A DNA stretch of 64,000 bases from Octopus vulgaris (Eukaryota): NCBI GenBank assembly GCA_951406725.2, contig OX597819.1, forward strand, positions 39,804,001 through 39,868,000, given 5' to 3'. Shown here one piece after another: positions 15,990-31,484 of this stretch (position 1 is its first letter; each line of letters opens with the position of its first letter). Under the pieces are notes generated by a model. The model ran no database searches. It saw nothing but the letters and a program-made list of their open reading frames with translations, and was not told where the DNA came from. Position numbers and translations under genes: made by a program.

Positions 15990-16023
15990 AGCACACACAC
16001 ACACAAACACACAGGCACACACA

Positions 16024-16064
<41 letters not shown>

Positions 16065-16076
16065 ATACACACACAT

Positions 16077-16121
<45 letters not shown>

Positions 16122-16487
16122 TAGATAGATAGAAGAAAGATTCAGGCACACACACACAGACACACACACACACACACACACACACGCAGGCACGTACACA
16201 CACACACATTTTATTGAAGCCGAAAAAAAATCATCACAAACCGTCATTCCGGGTCTCACGTAACTGCTCATCAGACAAATTATTCTGAATAATAAATTTT
16301 GTCTGACAAAGGGTTATTTGAAACGATGAATACCGATTTGCAAAGTTTTTCCCTCACTTCAAAACAGAATATTTGAGTGTACATTTGAGATTCGAGTACT
16401 AAACTCTCCATTTTCTTTGACACCAATATTCACATACACACACATGCACACAGACAAACATACACACACATACACACACACACACGC

Positions 16488-16586
<99 letters not shown>

Positions 16587-16703
16587 AACACATATATGTG
16601 TATGTGTATACATACACACATATAGATGCATATGTAAGCACATACGGGCAGATATGAATATATAGAAATTAAATATATGTATGTATGTATATGTGTGTGT
16701 GTG

Positions 16704-16805
<102 letters not shown>

Positions 16806-16984
16806 TGTATATATATACAAATATACATTGAATATATATCCATATGCTTACACGTGTTTGTATATATATATATATGTGTGTGTGTATATATATGTATGTA
16901 TATTGGGTTGAGGAATAATTCATGAGCGTTTTTGTTTTTTCAAATATAAAAATGCACGCAAAAATAAAACGCATTGGCAAAATG

Positions 16985-17300
16985 TGTTATGTTATTTAAA
17001 AGAGAGTTCCTAGCTCTACATGAGGGTGTGTTTTGATTTTTTAATTTTATTGACTTTTGTGTATTTTCAGATCATTAAATTGGGATGGCATGTGGGCAAA
17101 ACTGACCATTTTCGATACCATTTGCATTTTCCATTTAATCATAGGTTTAAGCTCACCGAAGCTGCTCGTGTGACTTATACTGTGTATGGAGAAGGGGTAA
17201 CACCACAAAGTACAGCCCGCTGTTGGTTTTCACTCTTCAAAAATGGGAACTTTGACCTCAGGGATGGATCACACTGAGGTCGACCAATTGAGTTCGGTGA
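16985..17300 (+). pseudogene. Mariner (Mos1-like) transposase 5' fragment
   Basis: Translation HFRYHLHF...EAAR..TVYGEG...TARCWFSLFKNGNFDLRD..*GRPIEF matches the mariner N-terminal HTH. Confidence 0.85.
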
Positions 17301-17384
17301 ACCCTGCCCATTGACCGAAGGTTCACCACAGTTTGTTTTTTTGTTTTTTTAATCACAATTCATCTGATTCGCCAATTATCTGGT

Positions 17385-17745
17385 CGTTTGATGCGGATTT
17401 TCGTGAAGAAGATGTTCAATAGCACTTCATCGAACTCAGTTGGTCAACCGGTGTGTGATCGGTCTTTGAAGTCAAAATTCACATTTTTGAAGAGCGAAAA
17501 TTAACGGCGGACGGTATTTGAGGCATTGCTCCTTCTCCGTACACAGCACAAATATCTCACGAGCAGCTTCGGCGGGTTTATCACCTCGATTAAATGCAAA
17601 AAGCAAATGGTGTCGAAAATGGTCAGCTTTGTCCACTTAATATTCCATTTTAATGACCTGAAGACACACAAAGTCAATAAAATTTGAAAATCAAAACACA
17701 CTATCTTGTAGAGCAATACATTCTCTTTCAAATAACATGAAACAT
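17385..17745 (-). pseudogene. Second mariner 5' fragment, inverted and diverged relative to 16985-17300
   Basis: Reverse complement is homologous to the left fragment: same upstream leader, GACCATTTTCGA.ACCATTTGC, GAAGCTGCTCGTG, TTCAAAAATG.GAA.TTTGAC.TCA. Confidence 0.8.
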
Positions 17746-17782
17746 TATATATATATACATATATATGTCTATATATATACAT

Positions 17783-17918
<136 letters not shown>

Positions 17919-18130
17919 TGTATATAGATGAATATAGATAACAGTGAGACATAAGAAGAGACAGCGAGGAGACAAGAATTCGATTATATACAGGGAACAT
18001 TTCTTTTCAGACGTTAAAGTTCAAAATTCTCCTCCAAATATATTAAATTCTCTACACCAGAAAAAATATTGAATTCACTTATATCTGATGTGCGTTATAT
18101 GTTCTAGTTAATAATTCGTATATATATATT

Positions 18131-18180
<50 letters not shown>

Positions 18181-18316
18181 CATGTATGTATGTATGTATG
18201 TATGTACGTATGTATGTTGAGAGAGACAAACAGAGAGATACATATATATATACATATGCCTATATATATAGAGAGATATATACAAGCCTATATAAGCACC
18301 AATATCTATTTTTATG

Positions 18317-18358
<42 letters not shown>

Positions 18359-18396
18359 CACGTGCACATACATGTATAAGTATATACATACATACA

Positions 18397-18432
<36 letters not shown>

Positions 18433-18845
18433 TATATAAATATACATATTCATATATATTTATATACATATATAGATAGATACAGATATGTATGTATATA
18501 TATATGTGTGTGTGTGTGCATTTGTGTGTGTGTGAGTATGTGTTTGTAAGTGTGAGTGTGTATATGTATATTCAATGGATTTTTCGTTGATATATAGATG
18601 TGTGTATACATATATATATACACAAATGTATATGTATATATATTTCTATATACATGTATATATGTATATATATATATGTATATATATGTATATATATGTA
18701 TATATATATATATATATTATATATATATATATATGTATATATATATGTATATATATGTCTATATATATATATATATATATATTTGTGTGTGTATGTGTGT
18801 GTGTATGCATGTATGTATGTATGTATGTATGTATGTATGTATGTA

Positions 18846-18904
<59 letters not shown>

Positions 18905-18934
18905 TTCTATATTTAAGAGATTAGGAATTATGTA

Positions 18935-19075
18935 CATTATTTACATTTGACGGATATTTGTCCCCATCTTTGTTTTTTGTTAACGCAACCTTTCGGCAGA
19001 TTTACCCTCAAGCCATCATCAGGTGCCTTTGGGAAATTTCGAACCTGGGTTCTCATTCCTAAGGTATTTTTCGAT
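18935..19075 (-). mobile_element. Short repeat with a decayed hammerhead motif (18983-19026)
   Basis: Minus strand GCAC-CTGATGA-T-GGC...GCC-GAAA-GGTT-GCGT. Confidence 0.5.
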
Positions 19076-19099
19076 GTTGTTGTTGTTGTTATTATTATT

Positions 19100-19207
<108 letters not shown>

Positions 19208-19271
19208 GAATTAGACTATTTTATGCGCAACTCCATTGTCTCCCGAGACAAAAAGGATGCGAACAACAACA

Positions 19272-19389
<118 letters not shown>

Positions 19390-19499
19390 TCACTGCCTGG
19401 AATCGAACATATACATATGTATGTATATGTATATATATATATATATACATATGCGTGAGTGTATGTATGTAAGTATCATGTATATATATGTATACATAT

Positions 19500-19543
<44 letters not shown>

Positions 19544-20439
19544 GTACATGCATACATACATACATACATACATACATACATACATACATACATACATACA
19601 TACATACATACATACATACATACATACATACATACATACATACATGTTAGTGTATATGTATTTTTTGTCCATTTACTCCTTTCAGACATTGGACAGTTAC
19701 TATACAGTGGCTCCACCTGCGTGAGCCGTGTCGCTCATAACGAACCAGAGGTTTCATTTCTTACTATTAGATATATTGTCACACTGAATTTTTCAAACCA
19801 TTACTTTACAAGAGACACATTGATGCATCTTGCAGCACATAAGTATTTTCACATTGATAACCATGAGCATAATACACATACAAATATATATATATATAAA
19901 CATGTATATAAGTGTGTAAGAATATATCTCAAATTTCATCCAAGATTCACTCACAAATTATTGGCCGATTAGACGCCATAGTAGAAGACGCTTTGACAAT
20001 GTGCAGTGCATCCTCATTGAACTCGCAACACATTCGTTGCAAAGAGCTGCTTTACTGCACTGATATATGTATGTGTGTGTACATAAAAGTGCCTATATAT
20101 ATGTACATATATATAAATATGTACATACATATATACATACATACATACATACATACATACATACATACATACATACATACATGTATCTATAATTTTTTTT
20201 TTTTCGCATATCCACACTTTATCCCTTTTCTTATCGTCATTGCCTTGTACGTTAGTTTGAATCCTCGGTGGTTTCTCGCCGCTGATACCACCAAAAGTGC
20301 ACAATATCATCGTTAAAGGCGCGAAATTTTTATGAACTTTTTGACGATGGCTCATGAGTAATTAGCTACGTGTTGTATGTGAATTTTTGTTTGTTTTACA
20401 CATATATATATATAATACACACACACACATATATGTGTG

Positions 20440-20554
<115 letters not shown>

Positions 20555-20793
20555 GCATATACATATACACATATGTATATATATTTATATGTGTCTGTGT
20601 AACCAAGGTCCCATAAGTTATATTTCTGTTGATGTGCTATACCTCGTATAGCACAGTCTACTCATTGTTAACACAAAAACCGAGGCCTATTGAGTTCTGC
20701 CATGCACAAAATGATCAAAAACTATAAATATATGTGTGCAGATGTGCATATACATATAATTCGACAGGTAGATAGATATATAAATAGATAGAC

Positions 20794-20861
<68 letters not shown>

Positions 20862-20950
20862 GATAGATAGATACATACATACATACATACATACATACAT
20901 ACATACTAGCATAGCGACCACAGACACATAAGAATGTGTATGTAACTATG

Positions 20951-21015
<65 letters not shown>

Positions 21016-21093
21016 AGTGTTTCTTGACTGCCGCCTATGACACTGCAGTTCAATAAGTACCATGCACGAAACTGTCGTCTCTTGAGTCATTGT

Positions 21094-21137
<44 letters not shown>

Positions 21138-21591
21138 CTGTGTGTGTGTGTGTGTCTGTGTCTGTGTCTGTGTTTGTGTGTGCATATGTTTGTGTGTGTG
21201 TGTGCGTGAGTGTCCGTTTATGGTTGTCTGTGTGCGCGCACGTGTCCTCGTTTCTCTTTGTGTGTGTATGCATCAGTGTCTGTGTGCCTGTGTGTTTGCT
21301 TATATATATATTTTTTCTTTTTAATCAGTAAGAGATGCAAAAACACCCAAAACGCGAAGTGTTTCTTGACTGACGCTTATTAACGTTTCAAATTAATAAG
21401 TCCCATGCACGAACCTGTCGTCGCTTGAGTAACTTTTAAATATAGCCGATTAAAATGTTATATACACACATACACACACACAAACACACACATACACACA
21501 CACACACACACACAGATACATACTTGCATGCATACATACACACATACATATACTGAGTAACTGGAAACGTCATTGTAAGATAACGTAGATT

Positions 21592-21682
<91 letters not shown>

Positions 21683-21868
21683 GTGTATATGTGTATATGT
21701 ATATATGTATATATGTATATATATATATATTTGTGTGCATCTGTGTATGTGTGTATATTAATATGTGTGCATGTGTGTATGTGTGAATATTAATTTGTAT
21801 GCGTGTATACATATTTTGGTGCATGTGTGTATGTGTGTATATTAAAATTTGCACATGTAATATGACCC

Positions 21869-21904
<36 letters not shown>

Positions 21905-21906
<2 letters not shown>

Positions 21907-22125
21907 GGAGTAAACACATAAATGTGAAACAAGGTGGAAAAAAAGGTACTCATATACCAGAGGTAAAGTAATATGCTTTATTTAAAAGCAGCAGCAATTT
22001 AACAAAAGCTGTTACTCGGAGTTTCACGTTCCCGTTCGTCGGACAGTTTTGTTAAAATGTCCGACGAACGGGAACGTGAATCTCCGAGTAACAGCTTTTG
22101 CTAAATTTCTGCTGCTTTAAATAAA

Positions 22126-22131
<6 letters not shown>
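21905..22131. mobile_element. (TA)n-embedded fold-back element with ~75-bp arms, each carrying a hammerhead
   Basis: 21971-22045 is the near-perfect reverse complement of 22058-22131. Minus strand 22045-22010 reads TGT-CCGACGA-ACG(GGAA)CGT-GAA-ACTCCGAGT-A-ACA. Confidence 0.85.
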
Positions 22132-22176
<45 letters not shown>

Positions 22177-22553
22177 TAATCCAAACGGGAAAACAGAAAA
22201 TAGGCATACAAGCGTATATTTGTGTTTGTTGTAACATAGAAAACTAAACCGCAAGGTCTGAGCACCTATGAATAATGTGGTAAGTAGTATAAGTAATTCA
22301 ATTGAATCTTAATGTATATTTGGCAAAAATATTTGAAGCTATCAAATTATTGTTGTCAATTGTATTCATTCAGAGAAATAATGTACCTACGTCTCTTACA
22401 ACAATTGAAAATCTTATACGTAAATATATTCATACATGTACACGCTCAAATGATCAGGCACACAAATACACATATAAATAGATGCAGTCATATAAATACA
22501 CACACGCACATGTGTATATGTATATCTGTATGAATATATATATATATATATTC

Positions 22554-22590
<37 letters not shown>

Positions 22591-22593
22591 GTC

Positions 22594-22699
<106 letters not shown>

Positions 22700-23264
22700 G
22701 TTTCTTTATTGGCCACACAGGGCTGCACACAGATGGGACAAGTTACAAGGTAGAGCTTTTCTTTTGGGGGATGAAAAAAACAAAAAACAAAAGAAAAAAA
22801 AATAATAATAAATAAATAAAATAATAAATAAAAGGAATAAAAAGAAAAAAAAAGAAATGGAAAAGGAACAAAAGAAAAGAAAAAGGAAAAAAGAAGAAAA
22901 AAGGGGAAAGATAGATATTGATATAAAAATATATGTATATATGTGGATGGATGGATGAATGGATGGATATCTTTTTATCTGTTTCCTATTGAATTGGGGC
23001 CATCATGGGGCACCGCCCCGAAGGTTTTAGTCGCACGAATCGGCCCCAGTACTTTTATTTTTCTAAGTGGTTCCTTATTCTATTGATCTGTAATGCCGAA
23101 CCGTTATGTTACGCGGACATTAACATACCAAAACAGGTTGGCAAGAGGTGCGAGTGCACAAACATTACGCTAAAACGCACACGCGCACACACACACATAC
23201 ACATGCATATGCTTATATATATATATATATATACACACACACGAATGCACACACACACACGGAC

Positions 23265-23366
<102 letters not shown>

Positions 23367-23456
23367 CACTTGCCAAGGAGACTGAAGACATGACCGCGCA
23401 GTCGGAAAGCAACCACTCCCGTACCAACTTATACACACACACACACATACATACAT

Positions 23457-23520
<64 letters not shown>

Positions 23521-23943
23521 TAATAAACATCTATCAATTCAAGCGAATATCATGATTTTATATGCAATATATTTGTAAACCTGTTGCATAGACGCACACA
23601 CAAACACACACACACACACATACATACATATACACACATACATACACACACCGACACATAAACGGAGGCAGAGAGAGGGAAAATGCGAGAAAGAGAGGGT
23701 GAGAGAGCCTGAGAGGGAGAAACGAATACCAGCATATACACATACGTACATGCATACATATATGCACATATACGCACATATATAAGTAAAGGCATTCCTT
23801 ATTAAGATATATGTGTATGTATATATATACGTATGTATGTGTATACATATACATGGATCAACGAGTCAATACCTTTGTGAAGGAATTTATATTAATGTAC
23901 ATACATCTGTGAGTGTATGTGCCTGTGTATATGTCTATATGCT

Positions 23944-24063
<120 letters not shown>

Positions 24064-24162
24064 CAGACAGGCAGACAGATAGGTAGAAAGATAGAGAGAG
24101 AGGGAGCGAGAGAGATACAGGCAGACAGACAGAGTCTGACATCCAGATAAATAGATAGATAA

Positions 24163-24238
<76 letters not shown>

Positions 24239-24273
24239 CCTGACAGATTGATAGATAGATAAATAGAGAGAGA

Positions 24274-24316
<43 letters not shown>

Positions 24317-24353
24317 TGAAAGAGTGAGACAGACAAGCCGACAGACAGACAAG

Positions 24354-24437
<84 letters not shown>

Positions 24438-24556
24438 GAGTGAGAGAGAGAGTTAGAGAGACAGACAGATAGATAGACAGATATATAAATAGATAAATAG
24501 ACAGACAGACAGACAGACGGACAGACACACACACACACACAGACAGACAGACACAC

Positions 24557-24616
<60 letters not shown>

Positions 24617-24751
24617 GTGTGTGTACATGCGTGTGTATGTGTGTGTGTGTGCGTGCGTGCGTGTCTGTAAGTATATGCGTGTGGTACGTGATAGTTTAGT
24701 TAAATACACAAGTACAGGTAAACTAAACTAAACTAAAGTTGCTTGACTTAC

Positions 24752-24844
24752 CTAAGTGTTTATGGATTGTCTTTCAGGTATTCATTCAGACAGACCAGCT
24801 GTCTGGTAACTGTGTCTAATCCTACAGAACGACGAGCCACGACT
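24752..24844 (-). other. Candidate non-coding first exon of the host gene
   Basis: Unique island. Starts at the Inr A (24844) and ends at a consensus donor TAG|GTAAGT (24752/24751). Confidence 0.5.
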
Positions 24845-24846
24845 GA
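24813..24846 (-). promoter_or_regulatory. TATA-less Inr + DPE core promoter candidate
   Basis: Inr TCAGTC (24846-24841, A+1 = 24844), G at +24, and AGACA at exactly +28..+32 (DPE consensus RGWYV). Confidence 0.5.
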
Positions 24847-24980
24847 CCTCGCTACGTAAAAGCGCTGTACTTTTTTCTTTTCTCATTCTTATTCTTATTC
24901 TTCTTGTTTTCGTTTTATTACGTATATGCGCATATCTCAATAGTTATCTTTTATTTTGTTGTTGCTATAAATATTATCAC

Positions 24981-25074
<94 letters not shown>

Positions 25075-25076
25075 TA

Positions 25077-25162
<86 letters not shown>

Positions 25163-25168
25163 CATCAT

Positions 25169-25211
<43 letters not shown>

Positions 25212-25351
25212 TTGTCACCTGGAGGGATGCACGTAGTAGCAAACCCTTGAGCAGCGGCAGAGAGAAAAGCCATCAATTTGGAACGAGTAAATGTATTGAG
25301 ATTGTATAATTAAAGCTTCTCTTGTTTGAATATCCTAACGTGTGTGCGTAC

Positions 25352-25426
<75 letters not shown>

Positions 25427-25427
25427 G

Positions 25428-25524
<97 letters not shown>

Positions 25525-25569
25525 TTATTCATATATATATTCATATATATATATTCTGTTCTTTTTCTT

Positions 25570-25947
25570 TTACTTTTTTTCTTGCATCAGTCATTTGAAT
25601 GCGGCCATGCTGGACCACCGTCTTTAGTCGAGTAAATCTACTCCAGAGCGTATTCTTTGTAAGCCTAGTACTTATTCTATCAGTCTCTAAGTTGCGGGGA
25701 CGTAAACACACCCCCGTCGGTTGTCAAGCGACACATACACCTATACACACACTTACATATCCATATATATATATATATATATACATATATACGACGGGCT
25801 TCTTCCAGTTTCCGTCTACCAAATCGCAAGGCTTTGGTCGTCCCGAAGCTATAGTAGAAGACACTTGCCTAAGGTGCCACGCAGTGGGACTGAACCCAGA
25901 ACCATGTGGTTGGTAAGCAAGCTACTTATCTCACAGCCACTCTTACT

Positions 25948-25950
<3 letters not shown>
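25570..25950 (-). mobile_element. SINE family A
   Basis: Collinear with the 50718-51168 and 56770-57160 copies, with small deletions. Confidence 0.9.
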
Positions 25951-25991
<41 letters not shown>

Positions 25992-25996
<5 letters not shown>

Positions 25997-26175
25997 AGAG
26001 TTTACGAAAAGAACAAAAGACTAGGACAGGTGGTGTACAAAACAAACAGATGTATTATTATAACGCTAAGGAATAGAAAAAGTCTTTTACGTTTCGAGCC
26101 TACGCTCTTCTACAGAAAGGGACACAGAAAAAAAACAAGGAGAGAAAAAATGTGTGTAGTGGCTAACGATCTATA
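25992..26175 (-). mobile_element. Family H1 hammerhead-like element, copy 2
   Basis: Reverse complement of 2975-3160. Motif at 26084-26119 has a perfect GAGC/GCTC stem II. Confidence 0.8.
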
Positions 26176-26323
26176 TACATATAACGAGTAAATGTATTGA
26201 GATTGTATAGTTAAAGCATCTCTTGTTTGAATATCCGAACGTGTGTGCGTATACGCATATATCTGTATGTATGTATGCATGTATGTATGTATGTATGTAT
26301 GTATGTATGTATGTATGTATGTG

Positions 26324-26417
<94 letters not shown>

Positions 26418-26450
26418 TATATTCGTTTCCTCTTGTTCTCTATCAGTCCA

Positions 26451-26487
<37 letters not shown>

Positions 26488-26844
26488 CTTGATATACTTT
26501 ATATCTGTCCGTGAATGTACGAATATATATGTGCTTTTATCTATCTATCTATCTATCGATCTCAGAGATGATGAGAGCAGAAACAGAGAAAAAGGGAGAT
26601 AAATAGGTTGAGAAAAAGATTGGAGGGTAAAGCGAAAGAAAGAAGAAATGGAGATGATTACAGAGGTAAAAATGTTGGAAAACATTGCGTGTATGAGAAT
26701 AAATAAGGGTGTATACCAGTAGGTGTGTGAGATTTGCTCCATTTTCAGAAGTCATTGCTATTCTATTGCCGTTCTTAGTGGTGAACGGTATCATCACTAA
26801 GAACGATGGAATTATTATAATTATTATTAGCGGTGGAATTATTA

Positions 26845-26875
<31 letters not shown>

Positions 26876-26915
26876 CATTATTATTATTATCATTATTATT
26901 ATCATTAATATTATT

Positions 26916-27129
26916 AAGGCGGGGAGCTGGCAGAATCGTTAGCACGTCGGGCGAAATGCTTAACGGCATTTCGTCTGTCTTCACGTTCAGGGTTCAAATA
27001 CCGCCGCGGTCGACTTTGCCTTTCATCCTTTCGGGGTCGATAAATTAAATACCAGTGAAACACTGGGATCAATGTAATCGATTAGTCCCCTCTCCACAAA
27101 TTTGAGGTGTTATGTCTCCAGTAGAAAGG

Positions 27130-27130
<1 letters not shown>
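26916..27130 (+). mobile_element. SINE family B, near full length
   Basis: AAGGCGGGGAGCTGGCAGAATCGTTAGCAC head, GGTTCAAATACC B-box-like motif, central domain, then (ATT)n. Confidence 0.9.
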
Positions 27131-27194
<64 letters not shown>

Positions 27195-27198
27195 CATT

Positions 27199-28210
27199 GA
27201 GTGAGAGAGTTGTGCATGCCATCAAAGTGACACTGGGGTATACGAAGCCCAGTATATCCATCATGGCTACCCGTCTGATAAGAGTACAGCAGGTACATGC
27301 ATCACAACCATATGTGTCCGACATCGTGATCTCATATCACGATAAACAGCGCATGACCTTGCAGGTGGGGCCCAGTTAGAATTTTCTTCTGGTCGTGTAG
27401 CCCATCCCGCTCAAAAGGTCACTGAATAAGGGTTGTTTAAAGATGTTGAACGAAACACCCATGTTTTCAGAGGTGAATTATTCAAACCCCAAATAATCCC
27501 TCTCAATACATGGCTATGATGCTCCCCCACTACTTCTGCTCGTGATCAGAGATGCACATATCGTCAGCCACTAAGGGACATGCTCAACTGGTTAAGGTCA
27601 AACAACTGACAAGCAAATCTGTGGTATTGAGCAGAATATTTGCTGTAGCCCATCTTTTATACCAAGACAAAGCAATGTTCATGATAACACTTCCAATCAG
27701 TTAAGATCAGAAGCCATGAGAGCCACTGCCTGGTACTGCATCAGGGCATTATTATTATTATTGAGTGAGAGAGCAGTTCATGCCATCAAAGTGACACTGG
27801 GGTAAAATATACGAAGCCCAATATACCCATATGATAAGGGTACACCAGACACATGCATCACAACCATATGTGCGCGACATCGTGATCTCATATCAAGGTA
27901 AACAGCGCATGACCTTGCAGGTGGGGCCCAGTTAGAATTTTCTTTAGGTCGAGTAGCCCATCCCGCTCAAAAGGTCCCTGAATAAGGGTTGTTTAAGGAT
28001 GTTGAAAGAACCACCTATGTTTCCAGAGGTGAACTATTCAAACCCCAAAGAATCCCTCTCAACACATGGCTATGATGCTCCCCCACTACTTCTGCTCGTG
28101 ATCAGAGATGCACATATCGTCAGCCACTAAGGGACATGCTCAACTGGTTAAGGTCAAACAACTGACAAGCAAATCTGTGGTATTGAGCAGAATATTTGCT
28201 GTAGCCCATC

Positions 28211-28212
<2 letters not shown>
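27199..28212 (-). mobile_element. Two tandem copies (27199-27748 full; 27763-28212 5'-truncated) of a ~550-bp non-coding (TAA)n-inserted element, family D
   Basis: The copies closely match each other and 48010-48557. Every end abuts (ATT)n, and there is no meaningful ORF. Confidence 0.85.
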
Positions 28213-28269
<57 letters not shown>

Positions 28270-28329
28270 ATTATCTTTATTTTTATTATTATTATTCAGT
28301 GGTTTGATTTTTATTGCGTGTTATCACTG

Positions 28330-30350
28330 CACTGAAGAGCGCACTTTTGTGTATCTCGAATATTCGGTGTAGTCTGTTTTATTGTTTTTACTCTTACTAT
28401 ATTGAACGTGATTTTCACAAGATGTGTGCGGCACCAATCTGAGCTATTTTCTGCACTTCAGATATCGTTGTAAGTCCTCGGGTTTTGCTTATGTATTTGT
28501 CTGTATATTTTTTTACCATATCTCAGGTAGCTATTATTACAGAGATTGCTTTTATCAACAGGTTCCTCATTTGGGATATGTCTATTTCCATACATTTATA
28601 TTTTGACAGTTACTCCATTTCTTTAAGAGATATATTGTCATCTGTTGAGACTGATGTGTCAATCAGGGGCATTTATTTTCTTTCATGCTGGTCTTTAACC
28701 ACAATATCTGGCCGATTAGCCACTGAACCCGTACCTGTATGTATTGCCATATTCCAGAGTGTTGTTGCTTTGAAATTTCCTAAAACCTTTTCTGGAGTAT
28801 TTCTATGCCATCTTTATTCTGCTGTCATCCCATAGTGCTGGCACAGCTTCCAGTGTATGTAAGCCCCAACTCTGTCATATCTGTTGATATATTCCTTTTT
28901 GGTGAAAACCGGGAAACCAGTGACAATGTAATTTATTGTTTCTTCCCCATCACCATATATTTTTCATTTGTTGCATTCTGTTTCATTATGTATTTTAATG
29001 ATTTCTGATAAGGTTTTGCTCTTGTGCCGCAAATAAAAATTCTTCAGTCTCTGCTTTGAGTTTCGCGCTTCGCATTTAGTGTTGAGATTTTACTTTGTCT
29101 ATTTCTTTTCTGTTTGGTTTATTCCAGTATTTACCATGCTTTTCTTGCTGTAATGTTATCATATCATTCTGTAGCTTCAGTCTTAGCTTAGATTTTAGCT
29201 GTTTTGCAGTTTTTATTGTTTCTTCAAAGCCATCAGTTATTTTAGCCTCTGTTTTGACTTCATTAGCTTCATTGAATGAAGACAGATTTTCATATATCTT
29301 TTTTTTATTTTCCGATTTTTGTGGGTTTGATAGTCTTGTCAAACTTAAGGATTTTTAAATATTCTATGTCAGACCTAAGTAGCTGAATTTGGTGTTGAAT
29401 ACGCTCTTGCCAAGTAGGCTTTTTGTGGCACTGTTGTCGTTTTCTAATCTTTTCACCACATAAAATCGTTGAGATTTCCGCGGATGCATACTACAGGTGG
29501 TTGAGATCTGTAATATCAATATCATTAGCTGAAATTATTTCCTTGAGTGCAAAGCGGATTTTACCAATTATTTTCAGGTTTTGGTTAAAACTGCGAATTT
29601 TTGGGAGAGTGTCGCGTTCATTCATACTGGTTTCTTTACTTTTCAGCCATTCAATCATGATTTGATTTTTTAGATCATGTAGTTCTATTGGGTCAATTTC
29701 TGTGTGACTTTCTTCGTCTATTTGATTTTCATCTGCCTTAGTGTTTATGGGTAGTTCAGGGAGTATTTCACTTTGCTTATCAGTTACATTAACGCTTTCA
29801 AACATTATTGCATTTTCATCAGCCCTGGGCTAGTCTGTAATTATTTCCTCTAGTATCTTCTTTAGCTGCAACTTCGTTCTTTTTATCCCTTGCTGGTTGT
29901 TTAATTTGCTCAATCTCTAATTCAGTTAATAATTTCTTTAACATAATGTTTCTTCTGACGTTGGCAAGTTAATACTGTCTATGTAGGGTCTTACTTCAAG
30001 GCATTTCTATCTCCAGTTTAAGTAGGTTTGTACAGTATTAGACTTATTTGTGGGGAAATATGTGGTACGATAGACGACCGTAAGAACTTATTTATTATTT
30101 CCCCTAGACCATCTTTCATTCTTTTTCTTTTGGTTATTTGATGACCAGCATGGATGGCCATCTGTTGGAATATTCCGGTTGTGGGGTACTTCCAGTTCCT
30201 GTGTTTCGGGAAGATTTGAATCAGTAGCTGATTTTCCGTATTGAATCTGGTTCATCATTCGACCATGCGATCCTTGATATTACGGGTGACCATCGATTCG
30301 GTTTGTATCTTGTTTTGTTATCATTGAGGCATGACGAGCTTGGACATTGA
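28330..30350 (-). pseudogene. Decayed, internally deleted R4/Dong-type non-LTR retrotransposon
   Basis: Minus-strand translation DRVGAYIHWKLCQHYG...ANRPDIVVKDQ...LSKYK...VQKIAQIGAAHIL (RLE domain, ~28420-28880). N-terminal remnants ~29430-30110; (TAA)n tail at ~28210-28300. Confidence 0.85.
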
Positions 30351-31001
30351 CATTAGGGAACGCATCTATTAGTTTTGCGTTAATTTTTTTAAGATACCAC
30401 CTCTGAATTCTCTGCATGTAAACATTGCTCGTAACGTAGCTTCTTAAGGCTATCTGTATTCGTCTGTATTTTTTTGTTGATAGATTTATCTCCGAGCATA
30501 GTTTTTTGTGGTGTTTTTAAACTTATGAATTGTTCACTCTGTGTTAGTTCGAAAATGAAAAAAAATGTTTTGTTTTGCTTTTTGGTTTTGCTTTGCTTGT
30601 GAACCGTGTTTTTATATACCTGTATGTGTGTCCTGTAAATTTCACGTAGTTGTATAAACATTGGTTTGTATGTGTAGTCCTGTGGGTATTAAAATGTGTA
30701 GACATTCGAATGTATGCGTAATTACTCAATTTATATACTAACTGTTTTGTTCTATTTATATTTTATAATTTGTAAACTTTCCGGTGTTGATTTCTCGTGT
30801 GTGTTTCGCACGTTTCACTTAGACATCGTGCATAGAAGAAACCGTGCTTTGTATGGCAGTTTTTATGATTATTTTCGTTAAAAGACCGCTTCCTCTAAGT
30901 CTTCCACAGGTTCCTTTATTCCACCGATGTTATTAGACTGAATGCAGAGCCGGGTGTCTTTGTTGTTGTTGTTGTCGTTCTTCTTCTTCTTCTTCTTCTT
31001 C

Positions 31002-31068
<67 letters not shown>

Positions 31069-31124
31069 CATTATTATTATTATTATCATTATTATTATTA
31101 TTATTATTATTATCATTATTATTA

Positions 31125-31185
<61 letters not shown>

Positions 31186-31204
31186 CATTATTATTATAAT
31201 TATT

Positions 31205-31375
31205 AAGGCAGTAAGCTGGCAAAAACATTACCACGCTGGACGAAATGTTTAGCGGTATTTCACCCGCCGCTACGTTCTGAGTTCAAATTCCGCCAAGGTC
31301 GACTATTCATTTCATTCTTTCGAGGCCGATAAATTAAGTACCTGTCAAGTACTGGGGATCTATGAAATAGACCAT
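31205..31375 (+). mobile_element. SINE family B
   Basis: AAGGCAGTAAGCTGGC...TTCTGAGTTCAAATTCCGCC..GGTCGACT. Confidence 0.8.
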
Positions 31376-31484
31376 CACGTGGTTTCAGTGCACGACTCTA
31401 AAAACCACTTCAAATTACATTCCATTAGTACAAGTCTGAAAGCGAGCAAATGAATAAAAGTAATTTAGTAAAAGTTTGAGGTTA

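Noticed and set aside
16230-16310. Minus-strand CTGATGAG near a TCAGACAAA/TTTGTCTGA hairpin
   Set aside because: No stem II-GAAA-NUH arrangement.
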